DNA of 64,000 bases from an uncultured Alphaproteobacteria bacterium (GTDB taxonomy: Bacteria > Pseudomonadota > Alphaproteobacteria > Rhizobiales > Xanthobacteraceae): contig CAWBIR010000003.1 of NCBI GenBank assembly GCA_963788885.1, positions 15,279 through 79,278 on the forward strand. The letters run 5' to 3'. This document shows, piece by piece, positions 21,221 through 30,843 of the stretch. The notes below the pieces were generated by a model. That model did no database searches. It was not told where the DNA came from and was given only the letters and a program-made list of their open reading frames with translations. The position numbers and the translations under genes are program-made. How positions within the stretch are numbered: position 1 is the stretch's first letter; every line of letters starts with the position of its first letter.

Positions 21221-21336
21221 CTTGTGTGGCGGTTCGGAAATCCGCATCATTGCTGCCGCGGGCTCGTCATGCGCGATTCCGAAGTTCGAAACGTGGCCCC
21301 GCAAAAATGCTACGAACTTCGGAATCGGGACACCAG
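21221..21336. repeat. Internally deleted copy of the double-hairpin intergenic repeat
   Basis: Ends CTTGTGTGGCGG...GGGACACCAG resemble the 43167 copy; perfect 15-bp inverted repeat 21274-21288 / 21313-21327. Confidence 0.7.
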
Positions 21337-21394
21337 ATGTGCAAACCGGACAATTCCTGATAGCAGTGTCCGCAAACGAGCGCATTTCTCAGCG

Positions 21395-22129
21395 ATGGAT
21401 CAGCCAACCGACCCTCAGCAAACGGAAGCCTCAGCGGGCCAGCGTGCAGCCGCGTTTTCCGTGCATGTGTTCACCGCCTTGGGGGCCGGGGTAGCGCTTA
21501 TCGCGCTGCTTGAAGCGGTTCGCGAGCATTGGACCGCGATGTTCTGGTGGTTGGGCGTCGCGTTGGTGATCGACGGCGTGGACGGACCCATGGCGCGGCG
21601 TCTTGATGTCGTACGTCTTCAGCCAAACTGGTCGGGTGAGGTGCTCGATCTCGTGGTCGACTTTGTCACCTATGTTTTCGTGCCCGCTTATGCCGTCACG
21701 GCCAGCGGCCTGCTGTGGCCGATCGCCGCGCCAGTGCTCGGAGCAGGGATTGCGGTCTCAGGCGCACTCTATTTTGCAGACCGTCGCATGAAATCGGACG
21801 ACAATCATTTCCGCGGCTTTCCCGGGTTGTGGAACATCGCCGCGTTCTATCTGTTTCTGCTACACTGGCCTCCGGCAGCATCGAGCCTTTCAGTCGCCGC
21901 TTTGATCATCCTCACCTTCATGCCGTTCTACGTCGTTCACCCCGTCCGTGTCGTCCGCCTGCGCCGGCTGACCCTGTGCCTCATCGGCGCCGGTACGGCG
22001 TTAGCCATGGTCACGCTGATCTACGATTTCAAACCGGGCGCCGCCGTGACGGCCGCGCTCTGTGCGATCGGCCTTTACGTCGTCGGCAGCGATAGCGCCA
22101 TCCGGTTGGTCAGGTCGCTCAACGTATGA
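21395..22129 (+). CDS. pcs: Phosphatidylcholine synthase
   Basis: AFSVHVFTALG, DGVDGPMAR...SGEVLDLVVD (CDP-alcohol phosphotransferase motif), FRGFPGLWN. Confidence 0.9.
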   Translation: MDQPTDPQQTEASAGQRAAAFSVHVFTALGAGVALIALLEAVREHWTAMFWWLGVALVIDGVDGPMARRLDVVRLQPNWSGEVLDLVVDFVTYVFVPAYAVTASGLLWPIAAPVLGAGIAVSGALYFADRRMKSDDNHFRGFPGLWNIAAFYLFLLHWPPAASSLSVAALIILTFMPFYVVHPVRVVRLRRLTLCLIGAGTALAMVTLIYDFKPGAAVTAALCAIGLYVVGSDSAIRLVRSLNV

Positions 22130-22854
22130 TCGAGTTGTTATGGAGCGCCGAAGCCTGGGCTGCGCTGTTGACGCTGACGGCGCTCGAGATCGTTCTCGGC
22201 ATCGACAACGTGATCTTTATCTCCGTTATCGTCGCCAACATTCCGCCGGAGCAGGCCAAGCGCGCGCGTCAAATCGGGCTAGCGCTTGCGCTCATATTTC
22301 GAATCCTGTTGCTCAGCCTTCTGGTCTGGCTAATCGGTCTGACCGAAGACGTCCTGACGGTGCAGGGGTTTGCATTTTCGTGGCGCGACATCATCCTGAT
22401 CGCAGGCGGGCTGTTTTTGATCGCCAAGGCCACCCATGAAATACATCAGGAGGTCGAGGCGGAGGAAGGCGGGCCAGCGGGAGCTTCCCACAAAGCGGCA
22501 TTTTTGCTGGTGATCGTCGAGATCATCATCATCGACATTGTGTTTTCGCTGGACTCAATCATCACCGCGATCGGCATGGCGCAAGAACTCGAGATCATGA
22601 TTGCTGCCGTTATCATTGCCTGCATCGTGATGTATGCCGCGTCGGGCCCGGTGGCGCGATTTGTCGCTGAGCATCCGACCACCAAGATGCTGGCGCTGGC
22701 GTTCCTGGTGTTGATCGGCGTTGCGCTGGTCGCCGACGGCTTTAAATTCCACATCCCGCGCGGCTATATCTACTTTGCGATTGCGTTTTCCGCGGCGGTG
22801 GAGCTGTTTAACGTTTTGGCGCGGCGCAACCGCAAGCGGACATCAAGCGGCTGA
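22126..22854 (+). CDS. TerC family membrane protein
   Basis: LEIVLGIDN, DIVFSLDSIITA, IPRGYIYFA. Confidence 0.92.
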   Translation: MIELLWSAEAWAALLTLTALEIVLGIDNVIFISVIVANIPPEQAKRARQIGLALALIFRILLLSLLVWLIGLTEDVLTVQGFAFSWRDIILIAGGLFLIAKATHEIHQEVEAEEGGPAGASHKAAFLLVIVEIIIIDIVFSLDSIITAIGMAQELEIMIAAVIIACIVMYAASGPVARFVAEHPTTKMLALAFLVLIGVALVADGFKFHIPRGYIYFAIAFSAAVELFNVLARRNRKRTSSG

Positions 22855-22942
22855 CATCCGGGCTGTGTGGCCCCGTGTGTTGACATTGCTATCCCGATAG
22901 CTTTCGCTCGTCATAAATCGACCTGACAAAGGAGAGGCGGCG

Positions 22943-23917
22943 ATGACCAAGGCTGTGCGGGTGCACAAGGTTGGGGGACCGGAAGCCCTGGTCTATGAGG
23001 ACGCCGAAATCGCACCGCCGGGCCCCGGCGAGGTGCGTATCCGTCAGCATGCGGTCGGCCTGAACTTCATCGACACCTATTATCGCACCGGTCTCTACAA
23101 GGCCCCGGGCCTGCCCTTCATCGTCGGCAACGAGGCTTCAGGCGAGGTTGTCGCGGTAGGGCCGGGTGTGACCAATTTTCATCCCGGAGACCGCGTCGCC
23201 TATTACGTAAATCTTGGCGCTTATGCCGCCGAGCGCAACATTCCCTGGGAAAGGCTGGTCAAGCTCCCCGATCACATCACCTACGAGCAGGGCGCGGTGT
23301 TGATGCTGAAGGGGCTCACCGTCTGGTACCTCCTGCACAAGACATTCAAGGTCGAGCCGCATCACCGCGTGTTGATTCACGCCGCCGCGGGCGGCATCGG
23401 CTTGCTCGCCTGCCAATGGGCAAGGGCGCTCGGCGCGCATGTGATCGGCACCGTCGGCTCCAAGGCCAAAGCGGATCTGGCGCTCGCCAACGGCTGCGAC
23501 CATGTCATTCTCTACAACGAGGAAGACTTCGTGGCGCGCGTCAAGCAAATCAGCCGCAACGAATTGTGCGACGTGGTCTATGACGGCGTCGGCAAAACGA
23601 CCTTTCCAGGTTCGCTGTCGTGCCTCAAGCCGCGAGGGCTGTTTGTGAGTTTCGGCAATGCCTCGGGGCCGGTGCCCCCCTTTGCGATTGCCGAACTCAA
23701 CAATCACGGCTCGCTATTTGCGACCCGTCCGAAACTCAACGACTACATCGGCAAGCGATCCGAACTGCTGGAAGGCGCCGACACGCTGTTTGCCGCTGTC
23801 ATCAACGGCAAACTGCATGTCCCGATCAACCATGCCTACGCGCTGAAGGACGCCGCGAAGGCCCACTCCGATCTTGAGAGCCGGGCAACGACCGGCGCCT
23901 CCATCCTCAAGCCCTAG
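22943..23917 (+). CDS. qor: NADPH:quinone oxidoreductase (zeta-crystallin family)
   Basis: GLNFIDTYYRTGLY, HAAAGGIG, VYDGVGK, FGNASG. Confidence 0.9.
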   Translation: MTKAVRVHKVGGPEALVYEDAEIAPPGPGEVRIRQHAVGLNFIDTYYRTGLYKAPGLPFIVGNEASGEVVAVGPGVTNFHPGDRVAYYVNLGAYAAERNIPWERLVKLPDHITYEQGAVLMLKGLTVWYLLHKTFKVEPHHRVLIHAAAGGIGLLACQWARALGAHVIGTVGSKAKADLALANGCDHVILYNEEDFVARVKQISRNELCDVVYDGVGKTTFPGSLSCLKPRGLFVSFGNASGPVPPFAIAELNNHGSLFATRPKLNDYIGKRSELLEGADTLFAAVINGKLHVPINHAYALKDAAKAHSDLESRATTGASILKP

Positions 23918-24085
23918 TGGTCCCATTCTAACATTCGCATCCCTTCTCAGCAGCCGCTTTTGCGAATGTTAGAATTAGAAGGACCACTAGCAAATATAAG
24001 TTTCTAGTGGAGTTTTGGATTTGACGTTCGCTTCTCGAGTTTGCGGCTAGGTGGCTAGCGAACGTCAAATCCAAAACTCCACTAG
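23914..24085. repeat. CTAG-bounded double-hairpin intergenic repeat (CIR/RIME/BRU-RS-like)
   Basis: Hairpin 1 at 23914-23990; spacer CAAATATAAGTTT; hairpin 2 with perfect 29-bp arms (24004-24032 / 24057-24085); outer CTAGs supply both stop codons. Confidence 0.9.
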
Positions 24086-25278
24086 GCTACTCTTCGAGCA
24101 ACGCCAGCCGTGTTCAGCAAAGCGTCGAGGCACTTGATCATTAGATCAATCTCCTGGCGTCTGACATTGAGAGCGGGCATGAACCGAAAGGCGTCGGGGC
24201 GCGGCGCGTTCAAGAGCACGCCGTCGTCCAATGCCGCATCCACGATCAACGGCGCGATCGGCACCCGCAGATCGAGCGCCAGCAGCAATCCGCGGCCGCG
24301 AACCTCGCCAAGGCCGTGGCGTGCCGAGAGCCGCTGTAGTTCGCTTTCCAGATAAAGTCCGTTCTCCGCCACCGACTTCAGGAAGGCGGGCGTGGCAACC
24401 TGTTCGAGTACGGCGAGACCTGCCGCGCATGTCAGCGCATTGCCGCTGAACGTTCCGCCCTGGTCGCCGTGCTCGAAGCAGGAGACGGCCTCGGTAGCGA
24501 GGAGTGCGGCGAGCGGCACGCCGCCACCGATGCCCTTGCCGAGCGTCATGATATCAGGCGTGATGCCGGTGTGCTCGTAGTGGAAGAGTTTTCCGGTGCG
24601 GCCCATTCCGGTCTGGATCTCGTCGAAGATCAAGAGCAGCCCATGCGCCGAGGTCAGCGCGCGCAATTCGTGTAAAAACTGATCGCTCGCAGGCCAGACG
24701 CCGGCTTCGCCCTGGATCGGCTCCAGCATCACAGCGACCGTGTTGTCGTTGATCAGCGCTTCGACGGAAGCAAGGTCGTGCCAGCGCGCTTTGCGAAACC
24801 CGGAAACCTTGGGTTCGAACAGCGGCTCGAAGGCCTTCTTGCCTGAAGCCGACATGGTCGCGAGCGTCCGGCCGTGAAAGCCGCCCTCGAAGGTGATGAT
24901 TTCGTACGCGCCATTCTTATGCAGGGTGCCGTATTTGCGCGCGAGCTTGATCGCGCCTTCATTGGCCTCCGCGCCGGAGGTGGCGAAGAACACCCGGTCA
25001 AAGCAGCTCAAGTCGGTGAGCGCCTTTGCAAGCTTCACGCTCGCGTCGTTGTGGTAGGCCGGACTCGGCGTGATCAGGCGCTTGGCTTGCGCGGAAATCG
25101 CTTCCGCCAGCGCGGGCGGGGAGTGGCCGAGGCAGTTGACGGCCCAGCCCTGGATGAAATCGAGATAGCGTTTGCCGGTGTCGTCCCAGAGGTAAGAACC
25201 CTCGCCGCGCACGAAGGCGATCGGCGGGCGGGCGGTGATTTCCATCAGCGCGTCGAACGAATGCGTGGCGTGGGTCAT
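24082..25278 (-). CDS. argD: Acetylornithine aminotransferase (class III PLP enzyme)
   Basis: [60 protein letters not shown]. Confidence 0.85.
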   Translation of the reverse strand: MTHATHSFDALMEITARPPIAFVRGEGSYLWDDTGKRYLDFIQGWAVNCLGHSPPALAEAISAQAKRLITPSPAYHNDASVKLAKALTDLSCFDRVFFATSGAEANEGAIKLARKYGTLHKNGAYEIITFEGGFHGRTLATMSASGKKAFEPLFEPKVSGFRKARWHDLASVEALINDNTVAVMLEPIQGEAGVWPASDQFLHELRALTSAHGLLLIFDEIQTGMGRTGKLFHYEHTGITPDIMTLGKGIGGGVPLAALLATEAVSCFEHGDQGGTFSGNALTCAAGLAVLEQVATPAFLKSVAENGLYLESELQRLSARHGLGEVRGRGLLLALDLRVPIAPLIVDAALDDGVLLNAPRPDAFRFMPALNVRRQEIDLMIKCLDALLNTAGVARRVA

Positions 25279-25320
25279 ATCGAACTCTCCTGGCGGTTTG
25301 TGGTGATGAGGGCAGGCCGA

Positions 25321-25357
25321 AAAGCAAGAAGGCCGCACCTTTCGGGTGCGGCCTTCT
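25321..25357 (-). terminator. Terminator/attenuator hairpin in the argD leader
   Basis: Minus strand AGAAGGCCGCACC-CGAAA-GGTGCGGCCTTCT followed by TGCTTT. Confidence 0.75.
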
Positions 25358-25381
25358 CGAAAACGTTGCTGATTTAGTTAT

Positions 25382-25471
25382 TCAGCTTGGTCGTCGGACA
25401 TGGCGCACCCCATCGTCGTCACGGGCGTGACGGCGGCAGGCGGCGCGGGCGATGGTCCGATTCAAAGTCAT
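25382..25471 (-). CDS. Putative Arg-rich leader peptide (29 aa)
   Basis: MTLNRTIARAACRRHARDDDGVRHVRRPS, 8 Arg of 29 including CGA-CGA; lies between a promoter-like site and the terminator. Confidence 0.6.
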   Translation of the reverse strand: MTLNRTIARAACRRHARDDDGVRHVRRPS

Positions 25472-25479
25472 GGGGCGCG

Positions 25480-25509
25480 CTCTTACAGCCGAACGGCGCG
25501 CGCTGTCAA
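25480..25509 (-). promoter_or_regulatory. Putative sigma70 promoter for the leader-argD transcript
   Basis: TTGACA-N18-TAAGAG ending 8 nt before the leader ATG (near-leaderless start). Confidence 0.5.
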
Positions 25510-25514
25510 GCGTC

Positions 25515-26840
25515 TTAAAATCCAGCTGCACTACCGTGCAGATCGTATTCGTCGGATCTTTCGATCTTGGCCGTGACAATCTCGCCGACTTTCAACGGCC
25601 TGCGGCTCGTGACGTAGACCGAACCATCGATCTCCGGCGCGTCGGCCTTTGAACGACCTTTGGCCACGGTCGGGCCGACCTCGTCGATCATCACCTGCTG
25701 GCGGGAGCCGACCTTGCGCTTCAAGCGCCGCGCCGAAATCTTCTGCTGCCGCGCCATCAGCGCGTTCCAGCGCTCCTGCTTGACCTCGTCGGGCACGACG
25801 GGGCCGAGCGCGTTGGCCGGCGCGCCCGCGACCGGTTCATATTTGAAGCAGCCAAGGCGGTCGATTTCGGCTTCCTCGAGCCAGTCGAGCAATTCGGCGA
25901 AATCGGAATCGGTCTCGCCGGGAAAACCGACGATGAAGGTGGAGCGCAACGAAAGCTCCGGGCATTGCGCTCGCCAGTTCTTGATCCGCGCCAGCGTCTT
26001 CTCCTGCGCGGCCGGCCGCTTCATGGCCTTGAGAACTTCCGGGCTTGCGTGCTGAAAGGGGATATCGAGATAGGGCAGGATCTTGCCGTCATTCATCAGG
26101 CCGATGACCTCATCGACATGCGGGTAGGGGTAGACATATTGCAGCCGTACCCACACGCCGAATTCGCCGAGCGCTTGCGCCAGATCGAAAAATTTCGCGC
26201 GGACCTCGCGATCCTTCCACGGGCTGGCCTCATATTTGATGTCGACGCCGTAGGCCGAGGTGTCCTGCGAGATGACCAACAGCTCCTTGACGCCGGCAGT
26301 AACTAGCCGTTCGGCTTCGCGCAGCACGTCATTGGCCGGCCGCGACACCAGATCGCCGCGCAGTTTCGGGATGATGCAGAAGGAACAGCGGTTGTTGCAT
26401 CCCTCCGAAATCTTCAAATACGCGTAATGCCGCGGCGTCAGCTTGATGCCTTGCGGCGGCACGAGATCGAGGTGCGGGTTATGCGCGGGCGGCAGCGCGC
26501 GATGTACCGCATCGAGCACGCTCTCATATTGCTGGGGACCCGTGATCGAGAGCACACCGGGATAGGCTTTCTCGATCTGGTCGGGCTCGGCACCCATGCA
26601 ACCGGTGACGATGACCTTGCCGTTTTCGGCCATTGCATCGCCGATCGCGGAGAGCGATTCCTGCTTGGCGCTGTCGAGGAAGCCGCAGGTGTTGACGATG
26701 ACGAGATCGGCGCCGTCATGCTTGCGCGCCAGCTCATAGCCCTCAGCACGCAATCGCGTGATGATGCGCTCGGAATCCACCAACGCCTTGGGGCATCCGA
26801 GCGAAACAAAGCTGACTTTAGGCACGGCGGCCTGCGACAT
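25515..26840 (-). CDS. rimO: Ribosomal protein S12 methylthiotransferase
   Basis: [31 protein letters not shown] radical SAM motif, DAPEIDG TRAM domain. Confidence 0.97.
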   Translation of the reverse strand: MSQAAVPKVSFVSLGCPKALVDSERIITRLRAEGYELARKHDGADLVIVNTCGFLDSAKQESLSAIGDAMAENGKVIVTGCMGAEPDQIEKAYPGVLSITGPQQYESVLDAVHRALPPAHNPHLDLVPPQGIKLTPRHYAYLKISEGCNNRCSFCIIPKLRGDLVSRPANDVLREAERLVTAGVKELLVISQDTSAYGVDIKYEASPWKDREVRAKFFDLAQALGEFGVWVRLQYVYPYPHVDEVIGLMNDGKILPYLDIPFQHASPEVLKAMKRPAAQEKTLARIKNWRAQCPELSLRSTFIVGFPGETDSDFAELLDWLEEAEIDRLGCFKYEPVAGAPANALGPVVPDEVKQERWNALMARQQKISARRLKRKVGSRQQVMIDEVGPTVAKGRSKADAPEIDGSVYVTSRRPLKVGEIVTAKIERSDEYDLHGSAAGF

Positions 26841-26956
26841 TTTCTGAACTGTCCAGATAATTTCGCAGCAGCTAATCCCAATCGTGCACAAATACAAGGC
26901 TTTGAGCGCGACCATTTCAACGTGCTATCAATGCCTCGTCGAAATACAGGTAAACG

Positions 26957-27547
26957 ATGGGCGCCGAGTTGTCTCCCAAGATCGCAATTGTCGACGAAAG
27001 CCCGATCCGTGCCGCGATTCTCGAAGAGGGGTTGCGGGAGGCCGGCTACACTGACGTCGTGCGTATCGAGGAAATGCAGAGCCTGTTGAGCCGCATCTAT
27101 GCGCTCGACCCGGATGTCATCGTCATCGATCTCGAAAACCCCAGCCGCGACATTCTGGAACAGATGTTCCAGGTCAGCCGCGCGGTGCGACGTCCGATTG
27201 CGATGTTTGTCGATCAAAGCGATGCGGCCTCGATTCAGGCTTCCGTCGATGCCGGGGTCTCCGCCTATATCGTCGACGGCCTGAAGAAGGAACGTCTCAA
27301 GTCGATCCTTGACCTCTGCATCTCCCGTTTCAACGCGTTCTCGAAACTCCAGGATGAACTCGACCGTGCCAAATCGGCGCTGGAAGACCGCAAGATCATC
27401 GAGCGGGCCAAGGGTATCCTGATGAAACTGAAGGGCCTGACCGAAGACGAGGCTTATGTGCTGCTGCGATCGACGGCCATGCGCGAGAAGAAAAAAATTG
27501 GCGAAATCGCCCAGTCGATTCTGACGGCTTCGGAGCTCCTGAAATGA
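26957..27547 (+). CDS. nasT: ANTAR-domain antiterminator NasT
   Basis: Pseudo-receiver plus ANTAR motif RKIIERAKGILM...EDEAY..LR..AM. Confidence 0.92.
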   Translation: MGAELSPKIAIVDESPIRAAILEEGLREAGYTDVVRIEEMQSLLSRIYALDPDVIVIDLENPSRDILEQMFQVSRAVRRPIAMFVDQSDAASIQASVDAGVSAYIVDGLKKERLKSILDLCISRFNAFSKLQDELDRAKSALEDRKIIERAKGILMKLKGLTEDEAYVLLRSTAMREKKKIGEIAQSILTASELLK

Positions 27548-28710
27548 CAACCCCGCTCCAGATCGGCTTTATACCCCTGATCGATGCAGCAGCGCTGATC
27601 ACCGCCGTCGAGAAGGGCTTTACGGCGGCCGAAGGGCTCGACGTGAAGCTCGTTCGAGAGGTGTCGTGGTCGAACGTCCGCGACAAGCTCAATATCGGCC
27701 TGTTTGATGCCGCGCACGTTCTTGCTCCGGTTCCGATCGCCTCAAGCCTCGGACTTGGTCATATCAAGGTGCCGATCGTCGTGCCGCTGACGCTTAACCT
27801 CAACGGCAACGCCATTACCGTGTCGGCGGCGCTGCATGCGGCCATCATGTCCGAAATCGACGGCGACCCCTTCGATCCGACGGCGACCGCAAAAGCGCTG
27901 TCGCGGGTCGTTGCCCAGCGACGCCGGAGCGGCGCCGAGCCTCTCACCTTCGGCATGACGTTTCCGTTTTCCACCCATAACTACCAACTGCGGTTCTGGA
28001 TGGCCGCGGGCGATATCGATCCCGACGAGGACGTTCGTCTGGTTGTGCTGCCACCGCCTTTCATGGCCGACAGCATCGCCGGCGGCCAGATTGACGGCTT
28101 CTGTGTTGGCGCGCCCTGGAACTCGATTGCGGTCGACCGTGGCTTTGGCCGAATCCTGCACTTCGGTTCTGACATCCTGCAGCGGGCAGCCGAGAAGGTG
28201 CTGGCGGTTCGTCAGCAATGGGCGGAGAAAAATCCACAAACGCTGGGTGCGCTGGTGCGCGCCGTCTTCCGTGCCGCCGAATTTGCCGAGGTTCCCGATA
28301 ACCGGCGCGAGGTCGCGCAAATTCTGTCGCGGCCAGAATATATCGGCGTCGATGCCAGTGTGATCCTGCGAACGCTGGAAGGCCGCTTGAAGATCGCCGC
28401 TGACGGCACCATCCGCGAAGGGGACCGCTACATTCTGTTTGCGCGAGAGGAAGCCTCGGCTCCGGACCCGCTCCAGGCGGCCTGGCTTTACGCGCAAATG
28501 GTACGCTGGCGTCAGACTGCGATGAGCCGGGAGGCACTGAAAGCGGCGCAAGACGTGTTCCGGCCCGACCTCTATGAGGCCGCGCTCGGCGGCGCCGGCA
28601 AGCCGCAAACCGCTTCGAGCGCCCTTGGCGCCTTTGCTGGGCCGGCCTTCGACGTTGGAAACATCGAAGCGTACTTCGCTGGGTTACCGGCAAGGCCGGG
28701 AACGCGCTGA
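27544..28710 (+). CDS. nasS: Nitrate/nitrite sensor NasS (NrtA/CmpA-like, no signal peptide)
   Basis: GFIPLIDAA, SWSNVRDKL, FPFSTHNYQLRFW, GFCVGAPWN; ATGA overlap with nasT. Confidence 0.88.
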   Translation: MTTPLQIGFIPLIDAAALITAVEKGFTAAEGLDVKLVREVSWSNVRDKLNIGLFDAAHVLAPVPIASSLGLGHIKVPIVVPLTLNLNGNAITVSAALHAAIMSEIDGDPFDPTATAKALSRVVAQRRRSGAEPLTFGMTFPFSTHNYQLRFWMAAGDIDPDEDVRLVVLPPPFMADSIAGGQIDGFCVGAPWNSIAVDRGFGRILHFGSDILQRAAEKVLAVRQQWAEKNPQTLGALVRAVFRAAEFAEVPDNRREVAQILSRPEYIGVDASVILRTLEGRLKIAADGTIREGDRYILFAREEASAPDPLQAAWLYAQMVRWRQTAMSREALKAAQDVFRPDLYEAALGGAGKPQTASSALGAFAGPAFDVGNIEAYFAGLPARPGTR

Positions 28711-28858
28711 AGTTCCGCCTGAACCAAAAACAGGCAATTCCATCGCTCGGCTAGTTTTTAGGCTTGGTGCCCAAAATTCATAGGATTGCAAGCGAACGGG
28801 ATTTCATTCCTTCCTGCTAAACTATTGAAATAACAGAAAATTCATCGATGAATCGTTG

Positions 28859-28873
28859 TGGCACGCAACTTGT
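28859..28873 (+). promoter_or_regulatory. Sigma54 (-24/-12) promoter of nirA
   Basis: TGGCAC-GCAAC-TTGT, correct spacing; AT-rich upstream region. Confidence 0.75.
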
Positions 28874-28899
28874 ATGTTGCAGTGCAGCCAGCACGCTGA

Positions 28900-28952
28900 T
28901 GCCCGCTGGCTTTCGTCCAATGGACTTTCACAGCAACGAAGCTGGTCGGGCT
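28900..28952 (+). promoter_or_regulatory. ANTAR (NasT)-target leader RNA
   Basis: Tandem hairpins GTCC-AAT-GGAC (28915-28925) and CAGC-AACGAA-GCTG (28931-28944) inside a larger alternative stem GCCCGCTGGCTTTCGT / ACGAAGCTGGTCGGGC. Confidence 0.6.
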
Positions 28953-29058
28953 GGATGAAGCAGAGGTCGGCGGTTTCCGCCGGACCAATGCTTGGTCCGC
29001 CAGGTGCCTTTTCCATGAGGGCCGCAAGCTTGCGGCGGCAGGAGCTTCGTTACGCGCC

Positions 29059-30843
29059 ATGAAGATTGACTCTCTCTCTGTCGAGTTCACCGACGAGCAG
29101 AAGCGTTACCTCGAAGGTTTCACGACCGGCTTGCAGATCAGCAGGGTTGGGCGTGGCCTGGGAGGTGGCGCAGCCAAGGCCAACGCCGAGCCCACCGGGC
29201 CAGATGCCGAGCACATCAGGGCGCAGGACCAGGTTCTGGCCTCCGGCAAGAAGCTCGTCGACCAGGAGAGGTTCAAGCGCGAGGAGCATCCCTTCGATGC
29301 CTATCCGCGGCTGAAGCAGCAGGCGCTCACCGACGCGCCGCCATCGCCGGCGGACAATTTCCGCTGGCGCTATTACGGCCTGTTTTACGTTGCGCCCGCG
29401 CAGGACTCCTACATGTGCCGCCTGCGTATTCCCAACGGCATTCTCACGCATTGGCAGTTTGCGGGTCTCGCCGATCTCACCGAACGGCTGTGCGGTCCCT
29501 TTAGCCATGTGACGACCCGCGCCAATCTTCAAGTGCGCGAAATTCCGCCGAAGAACGCGGTCGCGCTGATCGAAGGCATTCAGGACCTCGGCCTGTGCTC
29601 GCGTGGCTCCGGCGCCGACAACATCCGCAATGTCACGGGTACGCCGACGGCCGGAATCGATCCGCAGGAATTGGTCGATACCCGCGAATATGCGCGCGAA
29701 TGGCATTTTCATATTCTCAACGACCGCTCGCTCTACGGCCTGCCGCGCAAGTTCAACGTCGCCTTCGATGGCGCAGGCAAGATCGCGGTGCTGGAAGACA
29801 CCAATGACATCGCCTTTGCCGCAGTTGAAGTGAAAGATGGCTTCGGCGTCGAGCCCGGCGTCTGGTTTCGTCTCGGGATCGGCGGCATCACCGGCCACAA
29901 GGACTTCGCCAAGGAAACCGGCATCATCGTCAAGCCGTCGGAGGCAACGAAGGTGGCGGATGCAATCGTGCGTGCGTTCATCGACACTGGCGACCGGACC
30001 AACCGCCTCAAAGCGCGTCTGAAATACGTCATCGACAAAATCGGCATGGAGAAATTCCTCGAGCTGGTGGAAGCCAAGCTCGGCCATGCCTTCACGCGTG
30101 TCCCGACGGAAGCGCTGGCGGCACGACCGGTCTTCGACCGGATGGCCCATATCGGGGTGCACAAGCAGAAGCAGGATGGGAAGAGTTGGATCGGGGTTGC
30201 GCTGCCGCTCGGCAAGGTCACTTGCGAACAGATGCGAGGCCTCGCCAAAATCGCAGCCGATCTCGGCGACGGCGAGATCCGGCTGACGGTCTGGCAGAAC
30301 CTCCTGATCTCAGGCGTCAGCGACGCCAATGTCGAACTCGCGATCAAGGCGATCGAAGCGATCGGGCTTTCGACCGAGGCCTCGAACATTCGCGCCGGCC
30401 TCATTGCCTGCACAGGTAATGCCGGCTGTAAATTCGCCGCTTCCAACACCAAGGCGCACGCGGCCGCGATCGGTGACTGGTGCGATGGCCGCGTCGAGGT
30501 CGACACGCCGCTCAACATCCACCTGACCGGCTGCCACCATTCCTGCGCGCAGCATTACATCAGCGATATCGGCCTGATCGCGGCCAAGGTGCCCATCGGC
30601 GATACCGACGATACGGTCGAGGGCTACCATCTGTTTGCTGGCGGTGGGTTCGGTCCGGAGGCCGACATCGGCCAGGAGGTCTATCACGACCTCAAGGCCG
30701 AAGACGCGCCGCAAACGGTCGAGAAATTGCTGAGGGCTTATCTGGCGCATCGCGCCAGCGCATCCGAAACCTTTCTGACATTCGCACGCCGCCACGACGG
30801 CGAGACCTTGCGCAAACTCGCCGAAGCCGAGACCTGCTCATGA
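29059..30843 (+). CDS. nirA: Assimilatory nitrite reductase (siroheme/4Fe-4S)
   Basis: MCRLRIPNG, TTRANLQ, LPRKFN, ACTGNAGC and TGCHHSC ligands; downstream of nasTS. Confidence 0.92.
   Translation: MKIDSLSVEFTDEQKRYLEGFTTGLQISRVGRGLGGGAAKANAEPTGPDAEHIRAQDQVLASGKKLVDQERFKREEHPFDAYPRLKQQALTDAPPSPADNFRWRYYGLFYVAPAQDSYMCRLRIPNGILTHWQFAGLADLTERLCGPFSHVTTRANLQVREIPPKNAVALIEGIQDLGLCSRGSGADNIRNVTGTPTAGIDPQELVDTREYAREWHFHILNDRSLYGLPRKFNVAFDGAGKIAVLEDTNDIAFAAVEVKDGFGVEPGVWFRLGIGGITGHKDFAKETGIIVKPSEATKVADAIVRAFIDTGDRTNRLKARLKYVIDKIGMEKFLELVEAKLGHAFTRVPTEALAARPVFDRMAHIGVHKQKQDGKSWIGVALPLGKVTCEQMRGLAKIAADLGDGEIRLTVWQNLLISGVSDANVELAIKAIEAIGLSTEASNIRAGLIACTGNAGCKFAASNTKAHAAAIGDWCDGRVEVDTPLNIHLTGCHHSCAQHYISDIGLIAAKVPIGDTDDTVEGYHLFAGGGFGPEADIGQEVYHDLKAEDAPQTVEKLLRAYLAHRASASETFLTFARRHDGETLRKLAEAETCS

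Noticed and set aside
23914-24085. Repeat element as a CRISPR array, tRNA or IS110 bridge RNA
   Set aside because: No repeat-spacer periodicity, no cloverleaf, and no cas or recombinase gene nearby
30480-30839. Upstream extension of the flavoprotein ORF
   Set aside because: Overlaps nirA; the ATG at 30840 overlapping the nirA stop is the plausible start
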